Shown: positions 48,710-60,653, counted from the first letter of the stretch. The stretch: 64,000 bases of DNA from an uncultured Bryobacterales bacterium (GCA_964461235.1 CAYWUV010000006.1:11468-75467); one strand, 5' to 3'. Numbers and translations are program-made. Notes: a model not told the origin generated them from the sequence alone.

Positions 48710-49243
48710 TCATTCGCTCCAGGGTGGCGTCACCCCGTTGACGCGGAAGTAGGCGATGCTCTGCCCGAGATGCTCGCTCAGATGGTTCATCGCGATCGAC
48801 AGCGCCCCACGCGTCGTCGTGTCGCTGCCGAACATCCTCATGGCCTTCTCGGCGTCGGCCGGGGAGACCTTTCCGATGGCTCCTGCCAAGTGCTCGAACG
48901 ACATCTTCAAGCGTTCCTCAATCTGCGCCTTGTCGGTCGTTGAACTCTGCAGCCCGCGGAGGTCGAGCCCCTCGGGCGGGGCTGTTCCGAAGGCTCGTGC
49001 GACGAGGTAGTTGGCACTGGCGACATGCAAGAGTATTTCGCTCACGGAGCGCACACCCTCGCTGGGTCGGTAGGTGAACTTGTCGGCGGGCATGGTGCCG
49101 GCCAGACCTGTAAACTTCTCTTCCAGTTGCGCCAGCCGGCCTTTCGCTTCTTCCAGAAAGGCGTGGCTGTCCGCGATCGCGACCGGCGTCACGGCCAGTG
49201 CAAAGGCGCAAAGCAAAGCGGTTCTGCGGAACAAATCCATCAT
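48710..49243 (-). CDS. DinB-family protein with signal peptide
   Basis: Likely start MMDLFRRTALLCAFALAVTPVAIA at 49243. SVSEILLHVASANY and MNHLSEHLGQSIAY are DinB histidine motifs. Confidence 0.7.
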   Translation of the reverse strand: MMDLFRRTALLCAFALAVTPVAIADSHAFLEEAKGRLAQLEEKFTGLAGTMPADKFTYRPSEGVRSVSEILLHVASANYLVARAFGTAPPEGLDLRGLQSSTTDKAQIEERLKMSFEHLAGAIGKVSPADAEKAMRMFGSDTTTRGALSIAMNHLSEHLGQSIAYFRVNGVTPPWSE

Positions 49244-49390
49244 GAGTGTTTCCTCCAGTTTGGTTTCTTGTGCGAATCGTCGCCCGGTCCCCGGATGACG
49301 GGAGGGCACGCCGGATGTATCCGGCTTGACTACCCCAACAGCATAGGCAGTGACCGAATCAGCAAGGTTACATTCCGACCTTGGTCCCGT

Positions 49391-49654
49391 TCACCCGTAG
49401 CCGAGGTCCTCAGAGAATTCCAGGATGGCTCCGCACAGACCGCACACCTCGCTACCGCAGTGCTCGCAGGTGCATGCGTCCGGTCCACTCTTGGTGCAGG
49501 CCGGGCAATACAAGTCTGCTAGGCGGTGTTGGGGCCCTTCGCGGCCGGTGCGCATCGGTGGGAGAGGCTGCTTGCAGTCGCCGCACGTGATTGGACTCCC
49601 GCTCGTCACAGACCGTGGTACCGGCAACCAGGCACCATGCCCGTAGTTTCGCAA
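49391..49654 (-). CDS. small Cys-rich (multi-CxxC) protein
   Basis: CGDC...CPAC...CTCEHC...CGLC spacing and coding-like third-position GC in the 3' two-thirds. The start is uncertain. I recognise no family. Confidence 0.35.
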   Translation of the reverse strand: MRNYGHGAWLPVPRSVTSGSPITCGDCKQPLPPMRTGREGPQHRLADLYCPACTKSGPDACTCEHCGSEVCGLCGAILEFSEDLGYG

Positions 49655-49743
49655 GCCGGACCGGCGTCTGCTTCAATTGGATGCAAGGGCGCCTTGGCTC
49701 CGCCCGCGAATGGACGCGGCGTTCCGGCGGCGGAAGACCGGAC

Positions 49744-50781
49744 ATGGCAGCTTCTGCAACCAGATGCGGCTTCTTTCCTGCGGCCGTCGTCGCCGGAGCG
49801 CTTGTCTCTGGATGCGCCGCGCCGGGCGACGAATCCGAGGCGGATGTACGCTATTCGCGCAACCGAGTGGAGCTCTACGCCGGGCTCGAGCACGACGCTC
49901 CGGTCCTGTCCGTTCTCGGGTTCGACTCCGAGTTGACGGTGCTGGACACGCATCGCAGCTTCGTCCGCGTTCGGACAGAGTCCGGATTGCTGGGCTGGGT
50001 GCCCGGGGCAATGCTGCTCGATGGGGCCTTGCGCAGGGAACTCGAGCTGCTGACGCGGCGCTCCGCCGCGCTGCCGAGCCAGGGCTCGGCCAGGGCGCGG
50101 GACACCTTGAACGTCCATACCGAACCGTACCGCTGGGCTCCGACGTTCTATCAGCTGGCCAAGGACGAGGGCTTCCAGATCCTTGACAGGATGCTGGTCG
50201 ACCGGCTCCCGGCCGCCGCCGCCGAGTCCCGCGCAAGTTTCCAGCCCACGGGCGAGGACTATTGGTACCTCGTGCGCATTCCGGACGTTGGTGCCTCCGG
50301 GTGGCTGCTCGCCAACATGGTCTATCCCGACATACCCATCGACGTTGCGGCGCTGGCTGCGGGCCGGTCGATCGTCGCGCACTTCCGGATCGAGGTGGGA
50401 GCGGGGGAGGGGGCGGCGCAGGGGGTGCCGGTATGGATCTGGTTCCAATCGAGCGGGCCCGGCCAGGTCCATGACTTCGACCGCCTCACGGTACTCCGGA
50501 GGGATACCCGGCGAGACCGCTATATCGTGATCCGCCAGACGTCGAACCTGAGCGGCTACCTGCCTGTCGACCTGCTGCCGGAATTCCAGGCCGACCGCGG
50601 CGTCGGGACGGGGATCCACGTTCTGGTCGAGCAGGGCGGCCAACTGTATCGGCGCACCTACGCACAGGTCGGAACCCGTTCCCTGTATTTAGGTCAGGAA
50701 CGTGCCTCGGCCCTGCCGCACCTGATCCCCCCAGGTGGTTTCGGGAGGCGGTACGACAGGAGCCAACTGGCGGGCTACTGA
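49744..50781 (+). CDS. SH3b-domain lipoprotein
   Basis: Start MAASATRCGFFPAAVVAGALVSGC (lipobox) at 49744 inside ORF 49591..50781. SFVRVRTESGLLGWVPGAML is a bacterial SH3-like motif. Confidence 0.6.
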   Translation: MAASATRCGFFPAAVVAGALVSGCAAPGDESEADVRYSRNRVELYAGLEHDAPVLSVLGFDSELTVLDTHRSFVRVRTESGLLGWVPGAMLLDGALRRELELLTRRSAALPSQGSARARDTLNVHTEPYRWAPTFYQLAKDEGFQILDRMLVDRLPAAAAESRASFQPTGEDYWYLVRIPDVGASGWLLANMVYPDIPIDVAALAAGRSIVAHFRIEVGAGEGAAQGVPVWIWFQSSGPGQVHDFDRLTVLRRDTRRDRYIVIRQTSNLSGYLPVDLLPEFQADRGVGTGIHVLVEQGGQLYRRTYAQVGTRSLYLGQERASALPHLIPPGGFGRRYDRSQLAGY

Positions 50782-50881
50782 CTCTTCAGACCGCGCTTCT
50801 GAACCCCTGAAATCTTGGTCTTCAGATTGATAAGTTCATATATTTCAATGAGTTGATTCGTTTGCTGGTATATTGGTTGGG

Positions 50882-51916
50882 ATGCGGGAGCGGTTTCTTC
50901 GCGCCTGTGCCCGAGAGGATACGGACTGTCCGCCGGTCTGGTTCATGCGCCAGGCTGGGCGCTACATGCCCGAGTACCGGCAACTGCGCCGGAGCCACTC
51001 CATTCTGGAGATCTGCAAGTCGCCAAGACTCGCAGCAGATGTCACCCAGCAGCCGATCGACACCCTCGATGTCGACGCTGCGATCATTTTCGCGGATCTC
51101 CTGCTGCCCTTGGAGGCGATGGGGCTCCGGGTCGAATTCGTCAGTGGCGACGGCCCGAGAATCGACCCGCCCGTACGGTCCGGCGCTGACGTCCGCAGAC
51201 TCGAGACGGGACGCGCAGCCGAACTGGGCTACGTGGGGGAGGCCATTTCTTTGGCGCGTCGGCAGCTGGCGGACCGCGTGCCGGTCATTGGGTTCGTCGG
51301 CGCCCCATTCACGCTCGCCAGCTACATGATCGAGGGGGGCGGATCCCGTCACTACGCGAGGACCAAGGGCCTGATGTGGGGAGAGCCCGCGCTCTGGCGG
51401 GAGCTCATGGAGAAGACCGTCGAGGTGCTCGTTCCTTATGCCGCCTCGCAGGTGGCGGGCGGAGCCTGCGCGATTCAGGTCTTCGACAGCTGGGTCGGGG
51501 CGCTGTCTCCAAGCGACTACGCACGGTTCGCCCTTCCTCATTCCCGAGCCCTGATCCGCCGCGTGCAGGCGGAGGGCGTGCCTGTCATCCATTTCGGCAC
51601 TGGCAACGGAGCCTACCTCGAGTTGTTCCGGCAGGCCGGCGGCGATGTCCTGGGACTGGACTGGCGGGTGGATCTGGGCTCTGCGTGGGACCGGGTCGGG
51701 ACGGAGGTGGCCGTCCAGGGGAATCTGGATCCGATCGCCCTGCTCGCGCCCTTGCCGGAACTGCGTGCCAAGGTTGCTACCGTCCTGGATGCCGCAGCGG
51801 GTCGCCCCGGCCACATCTTCAACCTCGGTCACGGCATCATTCCGGAGACGCCTGTCGACCACGTTCGTGCCGTGGTGCAGATGGTTCGCGAGCACGCCCG
51901 CGAATCGGCCGCATGA
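50882..51916 (+). CDS. hemE: uroporphyrinogen decarboxylase
   Basis: MRERFLRACAREDTDCPPVWFMRQAGRYMPEYR is the canonical HemE N-terminus. The track ORF starts at TTG 50873; the ATG at 50882 is more likely. Confidence 0.9.
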   Translation: MRERFLRACAREDTDCPPVWFMRQAGRYMPEYRQLRRSHSILEICKSPRLAADVTQQPIDTLDVDAAIIFADLLLPLEAMGLRVEFVSGDGPRIDPPVRSGADVRRLETGRAAELGYVGEAISLARRQLADRVPVIGFVGAPFTLASYMIEGGGSRHYARTKGLMWGEPALWRELMEKTVEVLVPYAASQVAGGACAIQVFDSWVGALSPSDYARFALPHSRALIRRVQAEGVPVIHFGTGNGAYLELFRQAGGDVLGLDWRVDLGSAWDRVGTEVAVQGNLDPIALLAPLPELRAKVATVLDAAAGRPGHIFNLGHGIIPETPVDHVRAVVQMVREHARESAA

Positions 51917-53313
51917 CGAGCGTCGCGGTTGTCGGGGGCGGCGTCTCCGGGCTGGCCGCGGCCTACTACTTGGTCCGCCAGCGGATCCCGTGCACACTCT
52001 TCGAGCGGGAGGCGCGCACGGGGGGCCTCGTCCGCACGGAACGGGCCCACGGCTGTCTGGTCGAGGCCGGGCCGGACAGCTGGCTGGCCGAGAAGCGCTG
52101 GATGCGGTCGTTTGTCGAGGAACTCGGGCTGGGCGGGCAGGTCATCGGGTCCAATGACCGCCTCAGGAGGACCTTCGTTGTCCGAAACCGACGGCTTGTT
52201 CCCCTACCGGACAGCATGCGCATGCTGGCTCCGGCGAAACCGTGGCAGATCCTGACCACTCGTCTGTTCGGCCCCGTCACGAAGGTCCGGATGGCTGCGG
52301 AGTGGTTCCGTCGTCCCGGGGAGAGGCCCGAGCGCTCCGTTGCGGACTTTGTCCGCGACCACTTCGGAAGCGAGGCCGTCGACTATTTGGCGCAGCCAAT
52401 GATGGCCGGAGTGTATGGCGCGCAACCCGAAGACCTCTCGGCCCCGCTGGTCATGCCGCGGTTCGTGGAATACGAGCGGCGCTACGGGAGCATCCTGCGA
52501 GGCACGTTCCGGAACCGCCGCCAGCGGACGGGAGATCCGTTATTCCTGAGCCTTCGGGGGGGCATGGGCACGCTCATTGGTGCGCTGGAACGCCGGATCG
52601 ACGGCCACTGCGAGATCGTGCACCGTCCCGTGCTCCGGCTGCAACGGCGGGACGGTCGCTGGAGCCTCGGCTTGGACGAGGGGTCCTTCGAGGCCGATAT
52701 CGTGATCCTGGCGATTCCAGCGCACGAATCGGGCCGCTTGCTGCAGGCGGTCGCCCCGGCCTTGGCCAGGGACCTCTGCGCGATTCGCTACTCCTCCTCG
52801 GCTGTGGTGGCACTCGCGTATGCGAGGGCCGGATTCGGCCACCCGCTCGATGGCTTCGGATTCCTGGTGCCCAGCGTGGAACGTGCCAGCGTCGCGGCCT
52901 GCACGTGGGTCGGCACGAAATTCGAGGGACGGACGGATCCCGGCAGGGTGCTGCTGCGGGCATACCTGACGGGCGATCGCGCCGAGGAGATGATGCAAGC
53001 CGACGACCGCGTAGCTACGAGCTGGGTGGAACCGGAACTGCGCGGATGGATGGGCTTCGGAGGGCCGCTCGTTGGCAGCCGGGTGTATCGATGGAAGAGG
53101 TCGATGCCGGCGTACGGCGTGGGCCACGAACAACTCGTACGCTCGATCGACGAAGGGCTGGAGGCCCTGCCCGGCATGCTGCTGGCGGGGAACGGTTACA
53201 CGGGTTTGGGGATCCCGGACTGCATTCGCCGCAGCCAAGAGTTGGCGCAGACCGTTGTTGCGGCTCGGGGCGGCCGTGGTCGGCAGGATCTCATGCAGGA
53301 CAGCGCCGGATAG
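51913..53313 (+). CDS. hemY: protoporphyrinogen/coproporphyrinogen oxidase (HemY-type FAD oxidase)
   Basis: Real start MTSVAVVGGGVSGLAAAYYL (FAD GxGxxG) is at 51913, in an ATGA overlap with the hemE stop. It lies inside track ORF 51376..53313. Confidence 0.85.
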   Translation: MTSVAVVGGGVSGLAAAYYLVRQRIPCTLFEREARTGGLVRTERAHGCLVEAGPDSWLAEKRWMRSFVEELGLGGQVIGSNDRLRRTFVVRNRRLVPLPDSMRMLAPAKPWQILTTRLFGPVTKVRMAAEWFRRPGERPERSVADFVRDHFGSEAVDYLAQPMMAGVYGAQPEDLSAPLVMPRFVEYERRYGSILRGTFRNRRQRTGDPLFLSLRGGMGTLIGALERRIDGHCEIVHRPVLRLQRRDGRWSLGLDEGSFEADIVILAIPAHESGRLLQAVAPALARDLCAIRYSSSAVVALAYARAGFGHPLDGFGFLVPSVERASVAACTWVGTKFEGRTDPGRVLLRAYLTGDRAEEMMQADDRVATSWVEPELRGWMGFGGPLVGSRVYRWKRSMPAYGVGHEQLVRSIDEGLEALPGMLLAGNGYTGLGIPDCIRRSQELAQTVVAARGGRGRQDLMQDSAG

Positions 53314-54586
53314 CCATGATGGTCATGTCGTCGGCCTGCGGCGCCTCGCCCCGAAACTCGGTGACTTCGTGCAGGAGCGCCTCCAGCATCGGTTCCGGGG
53401 CGAGGGTCGCGGCGTTTGCCGCCGACGTGCGCAACCGCTCGTCAGTGAACTCCTCGAGGCGCTCGTTCATCGCTTCGCTGAACCCGTCGCTGTAGATCAA
53501 GAGGGTCTGTCCCGGCCGGAACTCCACCTCGCCCCGCTGGTACGTGAAGCCTGGCACGACTCCCAGCACGGGACCGCCTGTCTCCAGCAAGACCATGCCG
53601 TCACCGTCCGAAAGCATGACCGGGGGATTGTGACCCGCGTTGCAGTACTCGAGTCGGTGCGCGGACGTGTCGAGCACGGCGTAGAACATCGTCACGAACT
53701 TGTCGGAGTCCGTGCTCGCGTGCAGCATGTCGTTCGAGCGGGCGACGCAGGCTTCCACGTCCGCGACCATCCGGCTCTGACCCCGAATCGTGGCCTGCAC
53801 GTTCGACATCAGCAGCGCCGCCGTGATGCCCTTGCCCGAGACATCGGCCACGCAGAGCCCGATCCGACTCTCTCCCAGCGCGAGAAAGTCGAAGTAGTCC
53901 CCTCCCACGCGCTTGGCCGGCTCGGAGAGGCCGGCGATCTCGTAGCCGGCCACTTCGGGCGGGCCCTTCGGGAGCAGGGTCTTCTGGATCTCCCGGGCCA
54001 GGCGGAGTTCCTCCTGGAGGATTTCGAGCGCCTTCTGCTCCTCCATCAGGCGAGCGTTCTCCACAACCTGCGCAGATTGAGTGGCGATGATGCTCAGCAG
54101 CCGCTGGTCCCCGGCGCTGAACCCGCCCCCTCCCTTCTTGTTGAACACGTTGACCACCCCGATCAGGCGGCCCTTCAGCTTCATGGGCACGGCGAGCAGG
54201 GACCGGATGCCGTTCCGACCGGAAGGGACACGGAAGCGCGTTTCCTGGTCAAAGTCGTCCACCACTAGCGGCTTCTGGTTCTTGAGCATCCAGCCCGTGA
54301 TCTGGTCGCCGAGCCGCATCGGAATCTCTCCGGCGTTGACATCGACCTCCCGGACCATGGTCTTGAGCGGCGAGCCGGACTCAAGCTTGTCGAACAGCAG
54401 CACGGCTCCCTGCTCGACCTTCAGGTGCTTGACGCACTTCTGCACGATGAGGCCGACGGTCTCGTCCAGGGACGAAGTGGAGGAGACTGCGGTCGAGACC
54501 TCGTTCAGGATCGAGAGCTCCTCGATGGCCAGCCTGAGGCGCGTATTCTCGGCTTGGAGCCGCTCAACCAGCTTCCTTTCGTCCAT
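53291..54586 (-). CDS. GAF-domain PP2C/SpoIIE-family protein phosphatase
   Basis: 431 aa. A central GAF-like region is followed by GGDYFDFL...CVADVSGKGITAALLMS...IYSDGFSEA, the SpoIIE/PP2C motifs. Confidence 0.85.
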   Translation of the reverse strand: MDERKLVERLQAENTRLRLAIEELSILNEVSTAVSSTSSLDETVGLIVQKCVKHLKVEQGAVLLFDKLESGSPLKTMVREVDVNAGEIPMRLGDQITGWMLKNQKPLVVDDFDQETRFRVPSGRNGIRSLLAVPMKLKGRLIGVVNVFNKKGGGGFSAGDQRLLSIIATQSAQVVENARLMEEQKALEILQEELRLAREIQKTLLPKGPPEVAGYEIAGLSEPAKRVGGDYFDFLALGESRIGLCVADVSGKGITAALLMSNVQATIRGQSRMVADVEACVARSNDMLHASTDSDKFVTMFYAVLDTSAHRLEYCNAGHNPPVMLSDGDGMVLLETGGPVLGVVPGFTYQRGEVEFRPGQTLLIYSDGFSEAMNERLEEFTDERLRTSAANAATLAPEPMLEALLHEVTEFRGEAPQADDMTIMAIRRCPA

Positions 54587-54756
54587 CGGGCAGCCCGCGC
54601 ACGGGCTAGAACTGAAGGTACGGGTTAGGGTTCGGGCGTGTCAACCAGACCGTTTCGAGGAACCGGTGCGCGGTCGGACCGGGAACGCAGGATGGTTCCT
54701 CGGATGAAGCGGATTCCCGCAATTGCTCCGATCGGATGCCCCGGCCCCGCCGGAAC

Positions 54757-56229
54757 CTATTCGGCGCGCCGACGTCTCGCGTCGATCCCCAGCCGCTGGA
54801 TTTTCTGGTTCAGCGTCGATAGTGCCACATGCAGGGCCTTGGCGGTCTCCGTCTGGTTGTATCCGTGCCTTTCCAGTTCCTCGACCAGGATTCGGCGTTC
54901 GTAGTCCTCGACCAGCTTGGCGAGGCTCTCGCCAGTCCGTCCGGGCACAGCGGGGACCTGTGCCCTCCGGGTTGAAGGGTGCGCGCCGGCGATCTCCGCC
55001 GGCAGAACCTCGGGGCCGAGTTCCTCCTGGGTCGCCAGCACGACCGCCCGCTCGACGACGTTGCGCAGTTCTCGCACGTTGCCCGGCCAGTCGTGTGCCA
55101 TCAGGATCCGCCGGGCCTGGGGAGTGAAGCGGAGCGTCGAATGGCCGTCTTGGTCAAGGAAGTGGTTGTGCTCGCGGTGGCACACCTGTGTGAGGAACTC
55201 CTCCACGAGCAGAGGTACGTCCTCGATGCGGTCGCGGAGGGGGGGCACCTCGATTCCGATCACGTTCAGCCGGTAATAGAGGTCGCGACGGAATTGGCCC
55301 TGTTCGACTGCCTCGGTCAGGTTCGTGTTGGTCGCCGCAAGGATCCGCACGTCGATCCGCACCGGCTCGTCCGAGCCTACCGGCACGAACTCCCTCTCCT
55401 GGATGACCCGCAGCAGCCTCAGCTGGGTCTCGGCCGTGAGATTCCCGATCTCGTCCAGGAAGACGGTTCCGCCGTCGGCGATCTCGAAACATCCCGGGCG
55501 GTCGCGGACTGCCCCGGCGAAGGCTCCCTGGATATGGCCGAAAAGCGTCGACTCGAGCATGTCGTTCGGGATCCGACCCGAGTTGACCGTGACAAAGGGC
55601 TTTTCGGCCCTTGGGGAAGCCTTGTGGATAGCTCGCGCCACGACCTCCTTGCCCGCACCGCTCTCCCCGGAAATCAGCACGGTCGACGTAGTTCGGGCGA
55701 CCTGATGAATGAGTACGAATACGTCCAGCATCGCCTCGGACTTGCCGATGAGATTGTCTAGCGGGCCCGCCATTCCCAGCTCGCTTCGGAGCCGGGCGTT
55801 CTCCCTCTCCAGCCTCCTCCGTTCGAGGGTCTGCCCGATCTCCAGCAGCAGCTTGCTGTTGTTCCAGGGCTTGGTCAGGAAATTCGTCGCGCCCAGCCGC
55901 GTGGCCTCGACCGCCACGTCGATCGAGCCGTAGGCCGTGACCATCAGGACGGGCAGGTCGCGGTCGATCTTCCGGATGTCCTTGAGCGCCTCGAGCCCCG
56001 AGCGGTCCGGCAGCATCAGGTCCAGCAGAACCAGGTCGCAGGTATTGCGGGCGATGGCTTCCAGGCATTCGCCCGTCGTGCCGGCCGGTGTCACGTCATA
56101 TCCGGCATCCTCGAGGATCAGCCGCAATGTATCGACGATCGCGGGCTCGTCGTCGACGACCAGGATGCGGGGCCGGGACCGTTCTGCATCAACCGCGGTT
56201 TCGTCAGGCATGCTCCGGTTGCACGGCAA
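54757..56229 (-). CDS. sigma-54-dependent response regulator (NtrC family)
   Basis: The REC domain reads ILVVDDEP...DLVLLDLMLPD. The AAA+ sigma-54 module has GESGAGKE and GAFAGA (GAFTGA variant). A C-terminal Fis-type HTH is present. Confidence 0.9.
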   Translation of the reverse strand: MPCNRSMPDETAVDAERSRPRILVVDDEPAIVDTLRLILEDAGYDVTPAGTTGECLEAIARNTCDLVLLDLMLPDRSGLEALKDIRKIDRDLPVLMVTAYGSIDVAVEATRLGATNFLTKPWNNSKLLLEIGQTLERRRLERENARLRSELGMAGPLDNLIGKSEAMLDVFVLIHQVARTTSTVLISGESGAGKEVVARAIHKASPRAEKPFVTVNSGRIPNDMLESTLFGHIQGAFAGAVRDRPGCFEIADGGTVFLDEIGNLTAETQLRLLRVIQEREFVPVGSDEPVRIDVRILAATNTNLTEAVEQGQFRRDLYYRLNVIGIEVPPLRDRIEDVPLLVEEFLTQVCHREHNHFLDQDGHSTLRFTPQARRILMAHDWPGNVRELRNVVERAVVLATQEELGPEVLPAEIAGAHPSTRRAQVPAVPGRTGESLAKLVEDYERRILVEELERHGYNQTETAKALHVALSTLNQKIQRLGIDARRRRAE

Positions 56230-59065
56230 GCGGGAACCGGAGTTCGAACGCCGTTCCGTTGCCGGGCTGGCTCGTTACCGCAATCGTACCGGAGTGCTCC
56301 CTGACGATGCCGTAGCTCACGGCCAGGCCCAGGCCTGTTCCCTGGCGGGCGTTCTTCGTCGTGAAGAAGGGATCGAAGATGCGGCGCTGGTCCTCGGGGG
56401 CGATACCCACCCCGGTGTCGGCGACCCGGACGTTGACTGACGGTGCTTCGGACGACTCGGCGACGCGGCCGGCGATGCGCAAGGTGCCGCCTCCGGGCAT
56501 TGCGTCGCGGGCATTGAGGATCAGGTTCAGGAACACCTGCTGGAGCCGGTTTCGGCTTGCCAGCACGTAGGCCTCTTCGCCGAGGTCCAGCTCGACCTCG
56601 ACGCGGGCCTGCCGCAACTGCGGTGCGACCAGCTCCACGGTATCCCGGACAATGCGAGCGATATCACAGCGCGACATCGCCGTGCTCGGAGTGCGCGAGA
56701 AATCCAGCAGCGAGTTGACGATCTCGCTGGCCCGAAACGTCTGCTCCGTCACCTTTCCGAGCATGCGCTCCTCGTCGCTTCCCTGGGCCACCTTGGCGGC
56801 GAGCATCTGCGAGTAGCTGGAGATCACCGCAAGCGGAGTATTGACCTCGTGTGCGACTCCCGCCGCGAGCAGCCCGACCGAACTGAGCTTGTCGGCCTGC
56901 ACGACGCGCTCTTCGAGCTCAACCCGTTCCGTCACGTCGTCGAGGATCACCAGCTGGCCCACCCGCTGGAAACGCTTGTCGATCAGAGGCGCGACCGCGA
57001 CATTGACGATCCGTTCGGAGTGGCTGCCCGGGTCGTTCGTACGGAACTCGACCGGAAACTCGGATGACCGCAGACGGAACTTCGCAATACTGCCGGCCCC
57101 CTTCCCGTCCTGGCACCCGGTGATGCGGCGGGCCAGTTCTGCGGGCAGGAGCTCGTCCAGCCGGCGTCCGCGGGCCTGGTCCCGCGAAATGTGCAGGGCG
57201 AGCTCCAGGTGCGTGTTCCAGCTCTGGACCCGGCGTTCGCTGTCGAGGACCAAAATGCCGACGGAAAGGGACTCGACAATGTTCTCGTTGTAGTCCTTCA
57301 GCCGCTGGAGCTCTTCCGCCCGCGCCTGGATGTCGGAGTACAGGCGGGCGTTCTCCAAGGCGATCGCGAATGGCGACGACAGCGCTTGGACCAGCGAAAG
57401 GTCGTCGCTGTTCAGGAACCGTCCGTCTTCCGTGAGGCCCAGCCCGATCCAGGCGAGCGTCTGCTCCCGGGTACGGCACGGAACGAAGTGGCGGCACTCC
57501 AGCTGCGCGAGCGCGGGAGGCAGCGCAGTGTCCAGCGCGCCGGTGACGAACACCGGGCCGCCTTCGCGTGAGGCCCGATTCGCCAGGGGCTCTGCGTCCA
57601 GCAGCGGTTTAGGTCCCTCGTTCCCGTTCCGGGCCGGCGGGACCATCCGGTACAGAGACCGGGGGCCGGCGGAATCCTCCGCTCGAACGAGTACGGCGAT
57701 CCGCGTCACGCCCAGAGCGCGACTCAAGCGGCCGCGCACGGCGGCCACCATGCGGTCCGGGTCGGTCTCGGAGGCAATCTCGGTCGCGAAAGCCGTCAGG
57801 GCCTGACGCTCCTCGAACCGGTTGCGATGGGCGCGCCGCTCGAGGGAGGTGCTCAGCCAGCTGCAGAGCGGCCGGAACAGGCCCGCAGCCAACGCCAGAG
57901 AACCCAGCCAGACAAGCGGCCCGTAGCTGTCCAGCCAGGCCGCTGGAATGCCGCTCCGGAACAGAGCCAGGTACCCTGCCGACAGCAGGATTGCTGCAGT
58001 GGCCGCCGCTGCGGCGGTCCGCCTCCAGATGATCTCGAGGTCCAGCAAGCGATAGCGGACCAACGCGACCGCAATGGACAGCGGGAGCGCGGCGAGCGAG
58101 AAGACCGAGAAGGCTTGGTTGGCGCTCGGCACCGTTCCCGCGGCGAACGGAACCGCATAGAGCAGGGTGAACGGGGCGACGCTCGCGAGCGTTCCGCCCA
58201 GGAGCCACTTCGCTTGCAGCTCTTGCACGGGATCGGAGCAGCCGCGGGCCCGCATCCGCACGAACCCGCCCGCCGCGACCAAGTTGACGGCCAGCAGTCC
58301 CAGAGGCGCGGTCGAGAAGAAACTCAGCAGTGACGGATCACTGATGCCGCCCGACACCCAGCCTCCCGCAGCCGCGTGATGCGCGGCCCCGACCGCGACT
58401 GCGAGACCGTAAGCGGCCCGCACCAGGCTCCGCTGAAGTGCCTCGCCGCCCGGGAACCGCGAGCAGAAATCCAGGAAGAGCGGCGGCATCAGCAGGAGCG
58501 CCCAAGAGTCGATCCAGTAGACGAGGCGGTCCAGGCCCTCGAGCCTCCCGGACGCACTCAGCGCGTACACCGAGAGGGAGGCCAGGCAGAACGCGAAAAA
58601 GCGATGAACGGCGGGGCTCGGTGGGCATCGTCGCCAGACCCAGGCCCCGATGACCGCGTAGATCCACCCCAGCACGAACAAGAAGGTGCCGACGGCGCCG
58701 TGGCTGGAACTCGCACCGACGACCACCGATACGTACAGGGGCTGGCCTGACCGCTCGATCAGGTACTCCGTCCGGTTCCACGCCCCGACCTCGTACAGGA
58801 TGCGCGTCACGTCGAGAGCCTCCGTGACCGGGCGACCGGCGATCGATCGCAAGATGTCGCCCGGGCGCAGCCCCACCGGCGCGCCCGGGCTTTCCGAGGC
58901 GACCCGGGAAGCGGCAACACCCGCGTCCGAGTCGCGCCACACGACTCCGTCCTCCGGCACCTCGAAGCGGCCTCGCTCGACCCAGTTGCCGAGCGACAGC
59001 GCGGCCAGGGCCGCAAGGGCGACCCACGGCGCGCATCGCTTCGTTATTTCGCGAGACTGAACCAT
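56204..59065 (-). CDS. sensor histidine kinase: N-terminal PDZ-like domain, multi-TM region, GAF, PAS, HisKA, HATPase
   Basis: 953 aa. GLRPGDILRSIAGRPV is a PDZ-like motif. Roughly 8-10 hydrophobic helices follow. The H-box is GVAHEVNTPL, with N/G boxes LNLILNARDA and GTGLGLAVSYG. It overlaps the RR gene by 26 nt. Confidence 0.85.
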   Translation of the reverse strand: MVQSREITKRCAPWVALAALAALSLGNWVERGRFEVPEDGVVWRDSDAGVAASRVASESPGAPVGLRPGDILRSIAGRPVTEALDVTRILYEVGAWNRTEYLIERSGQPLYVSVVVGASSSHGAVGTFLFVLGWIYAVIGAWVWRRCPPSPAVHRFFAFCLASLSVYALSASGRLEGLDRLVYWIDSWALLLMPPLFLDFCSRFPGGEALQRSLVRAAYGLAVAVGAAHHAAAGGWVSGGISDPSLLSFFSTAPLGLLAVNLVAAGGFVRMRARGCSDPVQELQAKWLLGGTLASVAPFTLLYAVPFAAGTVPSANQAFSVFSLAALPLSIAVALVRYRLLDLEIIWRRTAAAAATAAILLSAGYLALFRSGIPAAWLDSYGPLVWLGSLALAAGLFRPLCSWLSTSLERRAHRNRFEERQALTAFATEIASETDPDRMVAAVRGRLSRALGVTRIAVLVRAEDSAGPRSLYRMVPPARNGNEGPKPLLDAEPLANRASREGGPVFVTGALDTALPPALAQLECRHFVPCRTREQTLAWIGLGLTEDGRFLNSDDLSLVQALSSPFAIALENARLYSDIQARAEELQRLKDYNENIVESLSVGILVLDSERRVQSWNTHLELALHISRDQARGRRLDELLPAELARRITGCQDGKGAGSIAKFRLRSSEFPVEFRTNDPGSHSERIVNVAVAPLIDKRFQRVGQLVILDDVTERVELEERVVQADKLSSVGLLAAGVAHEVNTPLAVISSYSQMLAAKVAQGSDEERMLGKVTEQTFRASEIVNSLLDFSRTPSTAMSRCDIARIVRDTVELVAPQLRQARVEVELDLGEEAYVLASRNRLQQVFLNLILNARDAMPGGGTLRIAGRVAESSEAPSVNVRVADTGVGIAPEDQRRIFDPFFTTKNARQGTGLGLAVSYGIVREHSGTIAVTSQPGNGTAFELRFPLAVQPEHA

Positions 59066-59348
59066 GCGGGGTAACGGTCGGCGGCACCCGTAGGCGGCGC
59101 AGACCGCACCTCCCTAACACTATAGGCCAGAACGAGCCTGTCCGCCAAGCCGGATCGGCTCGATAAATCCTTATTTCTCTGTTGGTTGCAGCCCAACTCC
59201 GGTAGTATTGCTTCCAGAATTCGGATCCCGTTTATGGAATCCCGTAGAATCCGCTCCGGACGTTCGACGCAGGCTGTTCCCGGACCGGATGCCCCGCGAT
59301 TTGCCCCGGGGCGGAACCGATACATGCCGAGGAGTCGAGGAATCAGGA

Positions 59349-60653
<1,305 letters not shown>

